Shown here: positions 20,174-29,724 of the stretch, piece after piece
Numbering within the stretch: position 1 is the first letter of the stretch
Layout: the number at the start of each line of letters is the position of its first letter
From: a virus
Taxonomy: Duplodnaviria > Caudoviricetes
DNA length: 64,000 nt
Virus record (IMG/VR): IMGVR_UViG_3300033121_001619
Span: 32,001 to 96,000 of that record
Strand: one strand, 5' to 3'
Notes under the pieces: generated by a model
What the model was told of the DNA's origin: nothing
Database searches by the model: none
Seen by the model: only the letters and a program-made list of their open reading frames with translations
Position numbers and translations under genes: made by a program

Positions 20174-21378
20174 AGGACGTCACCCAGTGCGTTCGTCCAA
20201 TCTGTCTCAATCTTGCTCTGTGAGTACCTCTCTCTCAGCACAGCGCCAAAGGAGACGGCTTTCTCGCGAAACGAATCGTGACTGTTCCTGAAATTGACGA
20301 CGGCTCTCTTGAAGTCGTCCTCCTTGACTTCGGCCCACTTCGATCCTTTCGGAAAGATGTTGTCGACGCGTGAAGGATGGATGGGCTTGAGATCATACGA
20401 CAGAGGGACGTACGACTCGGCATCCAGGAAGTCGCAGTGTCCGGACCATCCCGTCGCTATGACCGGCAAGCCGGATGTAGCTGCCTCCAAGATCGGAAGT
20501 CCGTATCCTTCTCCTCTTGTAGCTGTCACGAGCGCCTTCACTTGAGGATGAACGTATAGCGATGCCACTTCGTCATCCGTCATGTCGCCGTGAAGAACGT
20601 GAAGCTTGGGAGACGAACTTCCTCGACGTACTTCGTTCATGAGACGAGTGAAACCGTCCACGATGGATGCCCGATCGATCGATGTGTTCCGGCCGGCGTT
20701 CGTCTTCAGGACGATGCCGACATCAGGATCTCCCGAGAAGATCTCGGTCAACCACTTCACCGTGTAGAAGGTGTTCTTTCGATCGTTCTCCGGGTTGTTT
20801 CCCGTTATCTGTCCGAACACGAGGAAATTGAACGGCGTGGAAAAGACGACGTCATCCATGGCGTTGTGAGATCTCTTGACGATGGAGTCGGAATACGACT
20901 CCGGGACGATCCTCGTCTTCTCTCTCAGAGAGACGACGTTCTTCCTGATAGATTCCGTCGTCCGGATGAGTGTGTCCTTGACATGTCTCGAAGGAACAAC
21001 CACTCGATTCATTCTCTCACACGCATCGATCCACGTCGGGTTACACACGTCCGTCTCCACTCCGGCCGTGACGCCCACATTGAAACGACCCAGACTGGGA
21101 TTCCACTCGTTGGGGAGTTGTACCTGTATCGTGACGTCGTAGTTGTTGAGAGGGGTCACGCTCCTCTCCATCATCTTGCCGATCAGACCTCCGCACGTCT
21201 TCGGATTGATGATCCAGGGTGTGTCTCCCCACCGCGTGAGCTCGAAGTTGACGTCGTATTTCGTTGGATCCAGGCTGAGGAGCCAACGGGCTATCTGGCG
21301 TGTGTGGACTCCGTAACCCGATTGCGTGATTCCTGGGCCACGTAGAAGAATCTTTCTCTTGGTGTTCATTGTCATCAT
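20170..21378 (-). CDS. glycosyltransferase family 4
   Basis: KILLRGPGITQSGYGVHTR N-terminus and RGEGYGLPILEAATSGLPVIATGWSGH. Start placed at the TGATG overlap at 21378. Confidence 0.9.
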   Translation of the reverse strand: MMTMNTKRKILLRGPGITQSGYGVHTRQIARWLLSLDPTKYDVNFELTRWGDTPWIINPKTCGGLIGKMMERSVTPLNNYDVTIQVQLPNEWNPSLGRFNVGVTAGVETDVCNPTWIDACERMNRVVVPSRHVKDTLIRTTESIRKNVVSLREKTRIVPESYSDSIVKRSHNAMDDVVFSTPFNFLVFGQITGNNPENDRKNTFYTVKWLTEIFSGDPDVGIVLKTNAGRNTSIDRASIVDGFTRLMNEVRRGSSSPKLHVLHGDMTDDEVASLYVHPQVKALVTATRGEGYGLPILEAATSGLPVIATGWSGHCDFLDAESYVPLSYDLKPIHPSRVDNIFPKGSKWAEVKEDDFKRAVVNFRNSHDSFREKAVSFGAVLRERYSQSKIETDWTNALGDVL

Positions 21379-22868
21379 CAGACTGTCCTCACGACAAAAC
21401 GTCCGTCGGTCCTGTAGTCGGCGATGGTCTTCTCTAGCGTCGTGTCCCAATCCCTCACGACGTTGTCGATGTTGTACTCTCTATGGGCACGCTCCATTCC
21501 CTTGCGTCCTAGCTCAGCCCTCTTGTCCGGACCCATCTCGTACATGTCCATGATGGCATGAGCTACGGTCTCGTTACTCACGTTATCCTCGTAGATGTAC
21601 GGCACGCTGTGATTTCCGATGAGCGACTTCACCTCGGGATTCAACCCTATACCGAACTGCTCTCCGGAGACAGGATCTTCGACTTGATGCGTCAAGCCCC
21701 CAGTCTTGAGGGCGATGACCGGACGTCCACACATCAGCGTTTCGAGGATGGGTAGTCCGAATCCCTCAGCGTTGCTCCTGTTGATGGTACAGTCGGCGAT
21801 GTTGTAGAGGACCCTCATGTTCTCGAATTGGATCCTGTCCTTGGAGAAAACGACACTCTCGCGAACACCTATGAGGTCGACTATCCTGTGAAGGTCCGTC
21901 CCCTCTGGGTCCATCGGATCGGTGTGCATCACGAGAGTCGCTTTCGTGTGTCCGTGCTTCTTCTGAAGCTGGTCAATGAACATCTTCCACGACACGATGA
22001 CGTCGGGCGTCATCTTGCGTCGAGCGTTGCGAGAGACGTAAAGACACGTGAAGTGATCGAGACGTTCACGACCCAACAGCTTTTCCTTGATGGACCGCGT
22101 CTCATCAGGGTTCATGGGATAATACAGCTCTTTTGGGACAGCGTGTGGGACGTAGTTCGTCTTCTCGGGGAACTTTTCCTTCAACATGTTGTAGGTCGGC
22201 ATGTTGATGCAGTTCAGTAGATCAGTCGCCTCATAGAAAGGTCGATTGAATTCGGGCCAGGGATAGTTGTCCCATAGATGCCAGTAGACGATCGGACACA
22301 CCTGGTGGATCTCGTCCTCCATCTGCCAGACCCACACGAAGAAGCGAGGGTCGGTGAACAACATCAATGCATCCGGCTGGACTTGGGCTATCGTTTTCCT
22401 GAGGAGGTCCCTGTCACCGAAACCATCGGTGGGTTTTATGATGAAGTCTTCGCTGACGACCTTCGTGTCGTAGTTGTCGTGCTTCATCGCGCCGCCGAAA
22501 CATCTGAATCGATACTTTCCGGTCGCGATCAAGCCGTTGATCAACCAACGTGCTTGCGTCGCGACACCAGAAGTGCTCACTGAGTTGGACTATATCATCA
22601 CCTACGAGAGGTGCTGGGCGCTGTCGGATCATCGCCATGTCGAAGACGAAGGCTGACCGTAGTCTCTGAACCTTCTCCAGGGTTTCCCCACAGGAGCTCG
22701 GCTGCTGATTATCAGCTGGCTAGGATTTTTCGGCCTTCACGTCTACCGTTTCCAGTTGCGTTGTGGCATCCTCGCCCCGACTTCCCAGCAATTCACCCAG
22801 TTTTACATCCGCTGAGCTGTGGTCGTTCACGGATGATCTGAAAGCATCAGTATCGTCTTTTTCCTCAT
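21378..22868 (-). CDS. glycosyltransferase family 4, split by a group I intron (exon 1 22868-22829, exon 2 22579-21378; 413 aa spliced)
   Basis: Splicing gives MRKKTILMLSDHP-L-STSGVATQARWL, an intact GT4 N-terminus. C-terminal NAEGFGLPILETLMCGRPVIA motif. Confidence 0.9.
22580..22828 (-). ncRNA. group I self-splicing intron (249 nt)
   Basis: The 5' exon ends in U (CAUCCGU) and pairs with IGS GCGGAUG, giving P1 with a U.G wobble. GCUCA pairs with 3' exon UGAGC (P10). P3 CUGGGUG/CGCCCAG; P4 UUGCUG/CAGCAG; R element GUUCAGAGACUA; S element AUGAUAUAGUCC; terminal G at 22580. Confidence 0.93.
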
Positions 22869-23130
22869 GTTTTCCCAACCATCCTCTCAAGCGGGAATTC
22901 CACGAACCGGTCCTGTAGTCCGTCTCCCAAATGATATGGACATTATATCCATGGCTGGTCTGCTCGTTAACTCTACTTTCGTCGTAAGCCCATATCTTGC
23001 TAGCGGACATTTTTTGATGTGATGAAAAATGTGTCGGACACTTCGGTGGATTGCAATGCCAATAGTCACCGGTGAAAAAAGAAGAAGCCCGGATTCCCGG
23101 GCTTCTTTCGTCGCGAATTGTCGCCGTCAC
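22720..23130 (-). pseudogene. truncated Vsr/DUF559-like (EDxHD-type) homing endonuclease remnant
   Basis: FFTGDYWHCNP...IWAYDESR...GYNVHIIWETD motifs, with the N-terminal half missing. Locally AT-richer. The frame runs across exon 1 and into the intron. Confidence 0.75.
23075..23107 (-). terminator. Rho-independent terminator
   Basis: AAGAAGCCCGG-GAAT-CCGGGCTTCTT hairpin followed by CTTTTTT, just after the nuclease gene. Confidence 0.8.
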
Positions 23131-23134
23131 TTCC

Positions 23135-23971
23135 TTACGTGCAGTGAGGTGTCTCCTTGAACTCACACCACGTACACGACAGACGATTCTTGAACGCACG
23201 CCTGGCATTGACGGACCCAATCATGTTGTTGACGACCTTGAGAGACCTTCCTATCGGGACCGGTCCCATGGAGACGTCGAATAGTTCCACGTGGGATCCT
23301 GGTTTTGCATTACGCTTCAGGATGACGAAGCCACATCGAACATCCGTTGGTTGCAATTGAGGGTTCTTCTTGAGCCAGAAATTCTTGTAGAGTGCTAGCT
23401 GGTATTTCAGCGTCTCATCTTGACGTTTTTCCTTGAACCAACCGGCTCGAGACGTCTTCCAGTCGAGTATCCACTGAATTCTCTTGCCTCGTTTGCCCGT
23501 CGCTTCTATGACGGCATCGATGAAACCTTTGAATGCATGAGGATGACCATCGATCGATTCGTACAGGGCATGCTCAGCGTCGATCGTTTTCCACTCAGGA
23601 AAGGTGGCGTCCAAGAACGTCGGCACTTCGTTGACTATCTCCACGGAGTCTTGAAGGGCAGACTTCAGGGAGTCGTCATTGAAGTCTGCGATGCCAGCCT
23701 CCGATCTTTCCTTCCATGTATTGCGAAATGACTCCTCTAGCTGAGCGACGTCGATGATCCGCGTCTTCAGGAAGTTCTCGAGACAGTCGTGCACTATCGT
23801 TCCGAATTCCAGCGTCGGATTGGGAGTGAACGACGACAGGCCTTTCACGTGGATGAGATTGTGTCTCCACGAACACTCACTCCACGTCTTGACTTCGGAG
23901 AACGAGACGTGCGGTTTTCCGGTCGGAAGGTTAACGAATTGACTGGTGTGCTCGGTCTTCTCTTGATCCAC
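23135..23971 (-). CDS. PD-(D/E)XK nuclease (RecB/Cas4-like)
   Basis: HVSFSEVKTWSEC, FKGFIDAV, ILDWKTS, QLALYK and terminal CTWCEFKETPHC. GTG start at 23971 after GAGGGA. Confidence 0.88.
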   Translation of the reverse strand: MDQEKTEHTSQFVNLPTGKPHVSFSEVKTWSECSWRHNLIHVKGLSSFTPNPTLEFGTIVHDCLENFLKTRIIDVAQLEESFRNTWKERSEAGIADFNDDSLKSALQDSVEIVNEVPTFLDATFPEWKTIDAEHALYESIDGHPHAFKGFIDAVIEATGKRGKRIQWILDWKTSRAGWFKEKRQDETLKYQLALYKNFWLKKNPQLQPTDVRCGFVILKRNAKPGSHVELFDVSMGPVPIGRSLKVVNNMIGSVNARRAFKNRLSCTWCEFKETPHCT

Positions 23972-24528
23972 TCGTCCCTCATGAGTCCTAGGATGTGACA
24001 ATCGATGTATCGACCTTCGTCGTAATGGTGAGCTCTTCGGAGCCCCTCGGGCACGAATCCGATCTTCTTGTAGACGTGAATGGCGTCGTTGTGATCGAAG
24101 ACCTCGCACCAGACGCGATTGAGATTCATGACATCGAAGGCATAATCCATGAGGAGGGTGAGTGCCTCCTTTCCATACCCACGTCCTCGATGGTGACGAG
24201 ATCCGATGTAGATGGATAGCTCGGCGTGTCGGGCGAGCCAGTTCACGTAGTAGAGACCACAGTGACCTATCAGGGATGACAATCCAGGAATGATGGGCGT
24301 GAGATCACGAGGATCCTCATTGGGGGTCGTCATGTCGTGAATCTCGAAATCGACTTGGTTGGGATTACCCAGGACTAGCTTCTCATACCACGCATTTTGC
24401 ATGTCACGAGATATCTCTCGATGCTCCCTGAAGTGCCTTCGAAGTGTTGGATCGTTACGCCAACTCCTGAGAGTGTCGAGCGACTCTCGCTCGACAGACT
24501 TCAGACCGACTCTTTTACCGCGTATCAT
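23845..24528 (-). CDS. pseH: GNAT N-acetyltransferase (PseH/RimL-like)
   Basis: LRSWRNDP...IGHCGLYYVNWLARHAELSIYIG...RGRGYG...AIHVYKKIGF, inside the sugar cluster. In-frame TTA at 23934-23932 precedes a low-complexity tail. Confidence 0.75.
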   Translation of the reverse strand: MIRGKRVGLKSVERESLDTLRSWRNDPTLRRHFREHREISRDMQNAWYEKLVLGNPNQVDFEIHDMTTPNEDPRDLTPIIPGLSSLIGHCGLYYVNWLARHAELSIYIGSRHHRGRGYGKEALTLLMDYAFDVMNLNRVWCEVFDHNDAIHVYKKIGFVPEGLRRAHHYDEGRYIDCHILGLMRDEWIKRRPSTPVNSLTFRPENRTSRSPKSRRGVSVRGDTISST

Positions 24529-25181
24529 CTCGCTATTCCTCTGACCATCTGAAACCTCTCGGCCCAAGACGTCATGATTTCTGACCCAGAAGACCTCATC
24601 TTGGCAGACAATGCCATCGTGGACCTAGGGTGAGGAAAGGACCTCAATTCATTATCGTACGCCTTCGTCAGGGCGTTCATCTTCGCCTGGACGTTCTCCG
24701 GGCTGAGGACGCTGTAGTGATTCGGGACGAATCGTCTCATGGGATCTAGGTCCCATTCAGTCGACGAAGGAACCTCGAAACAGTACACGCTCGAGGGTCC
24801 TCCTCTGAAGACTACGTTGCTGACCTCGAAGACGACCCGATGATCGACATTGAGACACGCCGGCGAATGAGTGTAAACGACGTCGGGAGTGTACTTCTTC
24901 TCGGTGAGAGTCTTCTCTACTTCATGTATGACATCGAGAAGCGGTATCCCATCCATCGCGTTGTCAGGAAACGGAAAGGCATCCAAGACTTGGAACCCGA
25001 GGATCTCTCCCGCCGTGTAGAGCTGGTGCCTCCTGTCTGAGCTCGAAGGACCACGAGACGCGGATCCATTGGTGAACGTCATGACGCAGACGTTGTCACC
25101 CCGCGAAGCGTGCTTGTGGATGGTCGCACCGCAACCAAGCGTCTCGTCATCGGGATGGGCGGCGAGGACGAGAACGTTCAT
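24525..25181 (-). CDS. PIG-L/LmbE family N-deacetylase
   Basis: VLAAHPDDETLGCG and DH motifs. Confidence 0.9.
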   Translation of the reverse strand: MNVLVLAAHPDDETLGCGATIHKHASRGDNVCVMTFTNGSASRGPSSSDRRHQLYTAGEILGFQVLDAFPFPDNAMDGIPLLDVIHEVEKTLTEKKYTPDVVYTHSPACLNVDHRVVFEVSNVVFRGGPSSVYCFEVPSSTEWDLDPMRRFVPNHYSVLSPENVQAKMNALTKAYDNELRSFPHPRSTMALSAKMRSSGSEIMTSWAERFQMVRGIAR

Positions 25182-25894
25182 GCTCGTCTCCTGAAAACAG
25201 CGTCCGCCTTCACTGCTCCTTCTTCTCCTGACATGGAAGAACGTGTGAATTCGATCCTGTAGTCTCCGACGTCTAGGTACGCGCTTTGGTATCCGACGCC
25301 GTCGAGCATCTGTATGAATCGGTGGACCTGTTCGACCGACGTACCCGTCGTCGGTATGACGTTATCAGTCCTCCTTTTCATGGGAGGAGGACCTTCTCCA
25401 GCGGGGCAAGTCGCTCTCCTACCTCGAATTATCTCTTGGGCTTGATCGACTGCTAGTCTAACGATGCATCGCCAGATGTCGTCGATGGACCCCGCGAGAG
25501 TGATAGGAGATCGCATGTACACTGATCCCGTGTCGCAACCGTCGTCCATCTCGAACGAGCACACCTCTGACGTGATCTTTCCGTCGATGATCTGGTGTTG
25601 CAAGGGAGATCCGCCCCTGTACTCCGGAAGAGGACTCGTGTGGAATCCTACGACGATGCAATCGTCTTCATGCAATAGGTCGAGCGTCTTCTTTGGGATC
25701 AGACGTCCATACCGGAACACGAAGACGATGTCTATGTGTTCCGTCTCTCGAAATGGCCTAGGATCGAGCTGAGTGTGATCATCGTACCAGATGACGCTGT
25801 GCGCGACGTCGATCGTCTTGCTCCTCAGGGAATCGACGAATAGCTTGCTATACCTGTCGTTCTTCGACAGGACTACGACGTTGACGTTGGTCAT
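25178..25894 (-). CDS. formyltransferase (Fmt-like, sugar N-formyltransferase)
   Basis: GFHTSPLPEYRGGSPLQHQI...MDDGCDTG. Confidence 0.85.
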   Translation of the reverse strand: MTNVNVVVLSKNDRYSKLFVDSLRSKTIDVAHSVIWYDDHTQLDPRPFRETEHIDIVFVFRYGRLIPKKTLDLLHEDDCIVVGFHTSPLPEYRGGSPLQHQIIDGKITSEVCSFEMDDGCDTGSVYMRSPITLAGSIDDIWRCIVRLAVDQAQEIIRGRRATCPAGEGPPPMKRRTDNVIPTTGTSVEQVHRFIQMLDGVGYQSAYLDVGDYRIEFTRSSMSGEEGAVKADAVFRRRA

Positions 25895-26907
25895 TGGATG
25901 TGCTTCTCCATGAGGATTGTCCCCATATCGAGATCTTGCACGAACTTCTTCTCCCCTGAGATGACTTCGTAGTATCTCTCGGCTGAGACGCTTCCGGGAG
26001 TCCTCGGGCGCATCGTGCTCACGTTATCGCGCGACACGACCTCGCCGGACGAGACTCTCCGCGTGGTCACGACGCTCCTCATCGCCATCGTCGTCTGTCC
26101 TGATTCCTCGGATCCCGTTGTACCACTCGACGACCTCGACCCGAAGGCCTTCTCGACGTCCTCGATGTTCCTGCACAGTCGGTGTAGTTCGTCAGGTTCG
26201 ATGGCGAATGGATGATCGGGACCCTTCGACTTCCTGTCGAGCGTATAGTGTTTCTCTATAACTGAGGCGCCGCACGCGACGGCGACGGGTGGAATGAGAA
26301 TTCCCTCTGTGTGATCGGATAGTCCCACTCCGACTCCCGGTGTTAGGAGTTTGATCATCGTGACCATGGTCCCCAAGTTGACGTCATCTACGGGCGTCGG
26401 ATAGGCGCTGTTGCAATGCAAGACAGTGACTTTGCGATCCGGATCGTCTCTCCGGAGTCGTGAGATGGTCGAGACGACCTGTTCGAAGCTGGATCCGACG
26501 CCGGCCGAGAAAATGACGGGAAGACCGGTCTGTCGGACGAGATCCATGAAGCGAGGATCTGTCGATTCGAAAGCTGACACCTTGATGATCTTCACACCGG
26601 CGGCGACGACGTCGTTCAGGGTGCGCTCATCGAAAGGCGTGCACATGAATTCGATACCCAGGTCGTCACACTCCCTCCTCAGGTCCTTCAGCCATGACTT
26701 GGGCAATTCGAGTGACTCGATCAGGTCAGGTATCGACCGATATACGCCGAAATCTGGCGTCTGGGGAGAGTACAAGGACTTCGACTCGTATAGCTGGAAT
26801 TTGACGGCAGACGCACCAGCTGAAGCCGCCGCCCAGATCAACCTACGTGCCTTCGCATAGTCCCTGTCGTGATTCGCTCCTGCTTCGGCGATGAAGAATG
26901 TCCTCAT
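25891..26907 (-). CDS. pseI: NeuB/PseI-family nonulosonic acid synthase with SAF domain
   Basis: FIAEAGANH, AVKFQ, CTPFD, LHCNSAYP, GLSDHT, IEKHYTLDR and GPDH motifs. Confidence 0.9.
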   Translation of the reverse strand: MRTFFIAEAGANHDRDYAKARRLIWAAASAGASAVKFQLYESKSLYSPQTPDFGVYRSIPDLIESLELPKSWLKDLRRECDDLGIEFMCTPFDERTLNDVVAAGVKIIKVSAFESTDPRFMDLVRQTGLPVIFSAGVGSSFEQVVSTISRLRRDDPDRKVTVLHCNSAYPTPVDDVNLGTMVTMIKLLTPGVGVGLSDHTEGILIPPVAVACGASVIEKHYTLDRKSKGPDHPFAIEPDELHRLCRNIEDVEKAFGSRSSSGTTGSEESGQTTMAMRSVVTTRRVSSGEVVSRDNVSTMRPRTPGSVSAERYYEVISGEKKFVQDLDMGTILMEKHIQ

Positions 26908-28178
26908 GTGTTCTTCCTGAAGATGGCGACGGAGCGCTTCCCCTGAAGGACGTCGTCGATGCGGTCGATGTTCTTCGATACCACACGGAACGACTCTTCT
27001 GCAGCCTGACATGTGACCCGTATGTCGTGGTCGGAATGCGCGAAGTTGACGTAGACGACGTTACCGAACAGGATGCCCCTCCTCACCATCTCTTGGTAGA
27101 AGAGGTCCTTCATCCCGCCCGGGTCCTTGTACTCCGACGTGAATGTGAGGTTGTGACGCGGAGCAGAACCTGAGAAGTTGATCGATAGGCCATGAGACTG
27201 TGCTGCCTTACGAATGCCCTCGGCCAATTTGTCTCCTCTCTGCCAGAGACTGTCGTAATCGACGTCATGACCTAGGACCCGGATCGTCTCAGTCGCAGCT
27301 GCCAATGACAGACACTCTCCGCCGAACGTCATGGAGAAGAATGCTGTGTCCAGCTCCTTCATGTACTCCTTCTTACCACAGATCGCAGAGAGAGGCATGC
27401 CATTCGCCATCGCCTTCCCGAGACACGTCAAGTCAGGAGTCACTCCAAACTTCTCCTGTGCTCCTCCCAGCGCCCACCTGAAACCCGTGACGATCTCGTC
27501 GAAGATGAGGACGGATCCATACTTGTCACACAGACTTCTGACTCCCTCAAGAAAACCCGGCTCGGGAGGAGTCAAGGCTTGAGGCTCCATGATGACCCCG
27601 GCGACGGGATTCGCCTTCAGGACGTCCTCGAGTGACTGAAGATCGTTATACTTGAACTCGTGTACTAGCCGTGAGAGACACGATGGAACGCCGTAAGGAC
27701 GAAGAGTGATGGCACTCCAATCGTTCCAACCGTGGTAACCGCACATAGCGATGTGCTCTCTCTTCGTGTATGATCGAGCAATCCTGACGGCAGCCAGAGT
27801 GGCATCGGTACCGTTCTTGGCGAACCTCACCATCTCGGCTGACGGGACGACGTCACACACTTGTCTAGCCACCACGGATTCCAGCGTAGTAGGCAAGGAA
27901 AAGACTATCCCACAGTCGAGCTGCCTCTTGATGGCCTGGTCGACCCTTGGGTCGCAGTATCCCAGGATGATGGGACCCAGGGCACAACTGAAATCGATGT
28001 ACTGATTCCCGTGTAGATCGACGATCGTGCATCCCTTTCCTCGGGCCGCGAATTTGGGATGAACTCCGTCAACATACTGATCGGGACACTTGCTCATTGT
28101 CTGAGTGCCACGGGGCATGAGAGCCATCGCCCTATTCCACAACATGTCATCGTATTCTCTGTCTATGAGCGACATCAT
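26904..28178 (-). CDS. class III PLP aminotransferase (GSA-aminomutase-like), probable sugar aminotransferase
   Basis: RFAKNGTDA, GYHGW, LIFDEIVTGFR and PDLTCLGKAMANG motifs. Confidence 0.88.
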   Translation of the reverse strand: MMSLIDREYDDMLWNRAMALMPRGTQTMSKCPDQYVDGVHPKFAARGKGCTIVDLHGNQYIDFSCALGPIILGYCDPRVDQAIKRQLDCGIVFSLPTTLESVVARQVCDVVPSAEMVRFAKNGTDATLAAVRIARSYTKREHIAMCGYHGWNDWSAITLRPYGVPSCLSRLVHEFKYNDLQSLEDVLKANPVAGVIMEPQALTPPEPGFLEGVRSLCDKYGSVLIFDEIVTGFRWALGGAQEKFGVTPDLTCLGKAMANGMPLSAICGKKEYMKELDTAFFSMTFGGECLSLAAATETIRVLGHDVDYDSLWQRGDKLAEGIRKAAQSHGLSINFSGSAPRHNLTFTSEYKDPGGMKDLFYQEMVRRGILFGNVVYVNFAHSDHDIRVTCQAAEESFRVVSKNIDRIDDVLQGKRSVAIFRKNT

Positions 28179-28996
28179 TCCTCCGGGCGAGCAAGGGCGA
28201 GAGAAGAGTACAGAGAAAGACAGTCTTCGTAAGTGTTCCGAGGTCCATTCTCCAGGACATCCTTCCACTGTCTCTCATACGATGAAACTACGTCGTCTTT
28301 CGTCACGTGTATCATCTCGTGGCCACCAGACTCAGTCAACACATCGATCCGCCTGATGTATTCCTTGCTACCGTAGGAGAGACAGAGAGTAGCGAGACAC
28401 GTCGGATGACGCCAAGAGGCCACGCAAGTATCAGTCGAGTCGACGGTCACGTTTTCGTGCATCCTGTCCTCGATCAGAGAGACAGACGATATGGGTCCCA
28501 AAGCGTGAGTCATGTAGTCTGGTTCGTGTATGAAATCCATGAGTACGCCGCCACCCAATTGTCGATGGAACGAGTAAGCCCTGCGAAGCGGATCGTTCCT
28601 CCACGAATTGAGGTCGGAAGCAGCGAAGACGTTGACCAATCTCGCTGAGTCCGAGACGTCTCTTAGACGTCGAACGGCATCCGTGTATCTCACGTTGCAA
28701 CCCACGTGTATTCGTCGTCCTGAGAATGTGGATCGTCTCGCTCGGATCGCCTCGACGTCCGTGTGAAGTGGTTTCTCGACGAAGACGATGTCGCAAGAAT
28801 CGACTAGCCTCTCGACGTCGTCTAGATGTGACGACGTCGGAGTGGCCACTATTCCAACGTCAAACCTCCCCCGGGGGACGACGTTGAAGCCCAGGAATGG
28901 GTCGTATATGCGAAACTGGGATCTCGGGACCAAGCGTGAAAGAATGTCGTGGTGTCTCCTGCCTATGCTACCGTGACCCAATATGACGACTCTCAC
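28175..28996 (-). CDS. Gfo/Idh/MocA oxidoreductase
   Basis: GHGSIG, IVATPTSSH, VFVEKP and GGGVLMDFIHEPD motifs. Confidence 0.88.
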   Translation of the reverse strand: MRVVILGHGSIGRRHHDILSRLVPRSQFRIYDPFLGFNVVPRGRFDVGIVATPTSSHLDDVERLVDSCDIVFVEKPLHTDVEAIRARRSTFSGRRIHVGCNVRYTDAVRRLRDVSDSARLVNVFAASDLNSWRNDPLRRAYSFHRQLGGGVLMDFIHEPDYMTHALGPISSVSLIEDRMHENVTVDSTDTCVASWRHPTCLATLCLSYGSKEYIRRIDVLTESGGHEMIHVTKDDVVSSYERQWKDVLENGPRNTYEDCLSLYSSLALARPEE

Positions 28997-29724
28997 GACG
29001 ACCCCGACTCGAGTCTACATCGGGAGAGCTCGTCCCATCTGGTAGACACTCGAATAAAATCTTCCATCATGTCGATGGAGTATTTGGAATCCGGCGAAAC
29101 GAAGTTTCCTGCCGCGTCGAATATCTTCTGACGAGCGATGCTGACTCCGTAGTCCCTCGATCTCATCTCCGCCGTGACGTGTTCTCTCCTGGGATCCTTC
29201 GGACCCATCCGGATGGCGGAGTCGATCAGATGCGTCGTCTGAAACACTTCGACGTCGAATCCATCGGGAACGTTCGTCATGGATAGACCGGTCACGGGAT
29301 GATACATCACGTTCGTGGTGATCACCTCTTCGTCGGCGGGAGGACGAGCTTCATGACAGTCCACGACGTCTCTGATCAAGTCAGGAAAAAGAAGCGGACA
29401 ATCAGCGGTGAGTCTCACTATGGTCTTTGGACGAATCTCTAGCGCGGCGGCGACGAATCTAGACGTCACGTCGTCATTGTCCACATGATCGTATGACAAG
29501 ACACTGACGTCTAGGTGTCGTCCACTGTTGTAGTAGACGTACCTGTTCACGTGTTCGAATTCGGAACGATCGCAATGTGGCACGAGAAGATACGTGGGTA
29601 GGCCTGCGGCTATAGCTGCCCTACAAGCGTGCACGAACAGCTGAGATCTTCCCAGGTGTATAAAAGACTTCCTGGGAAGTCTCCTAGACCCAAGTCTCGC
29701 TTGGACGAATGCGACCGTCGTCAC
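28993..29724 (-). CDS. spsF: cytidylyltransferase (SpsF/PseF-like CMP-nonulosonate synthetase)
   Basis: VQARLGSRRLPRK, IVRLTADCPL, PDGFDVEVF, REHVT and SID motifs. Confidence 0.85.
   Translation of the reverse strand: MTTVAFVQARLGSRRLPRKSFIHLGRSQLFVHACRAAIAAGLPTYLLVPHCDRSEFEHVNRYVYYNSGRHLDVSVLSYDHVDNDDVTSRFVAAALEIRPKTIVRLTADCPLLFPDLIRDVVDCHEARPPADEEVITTNVMYHPVTGLSMTNVPDGFDVEVFQTTHLIDSAIRMGPKDPRREHVTAEMRSRDYGVSIARQKIFDAAGNFVSPDSKYSIDMMEDFIRVSTRWDELSRCRLESGSS

Noticed and set aside
21378-22580. GT4 starting at GTG 22580
   Set aside because: That G is the intron's terminal G, and the protein would lack its first beta-strand.
22720-23220. 166-aa ORF as an intact gene
   Set aside because: Its 5' part is an out-of-frame reading of the nuclease gene and a terminator. 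Only the central part is endonuclease-like.
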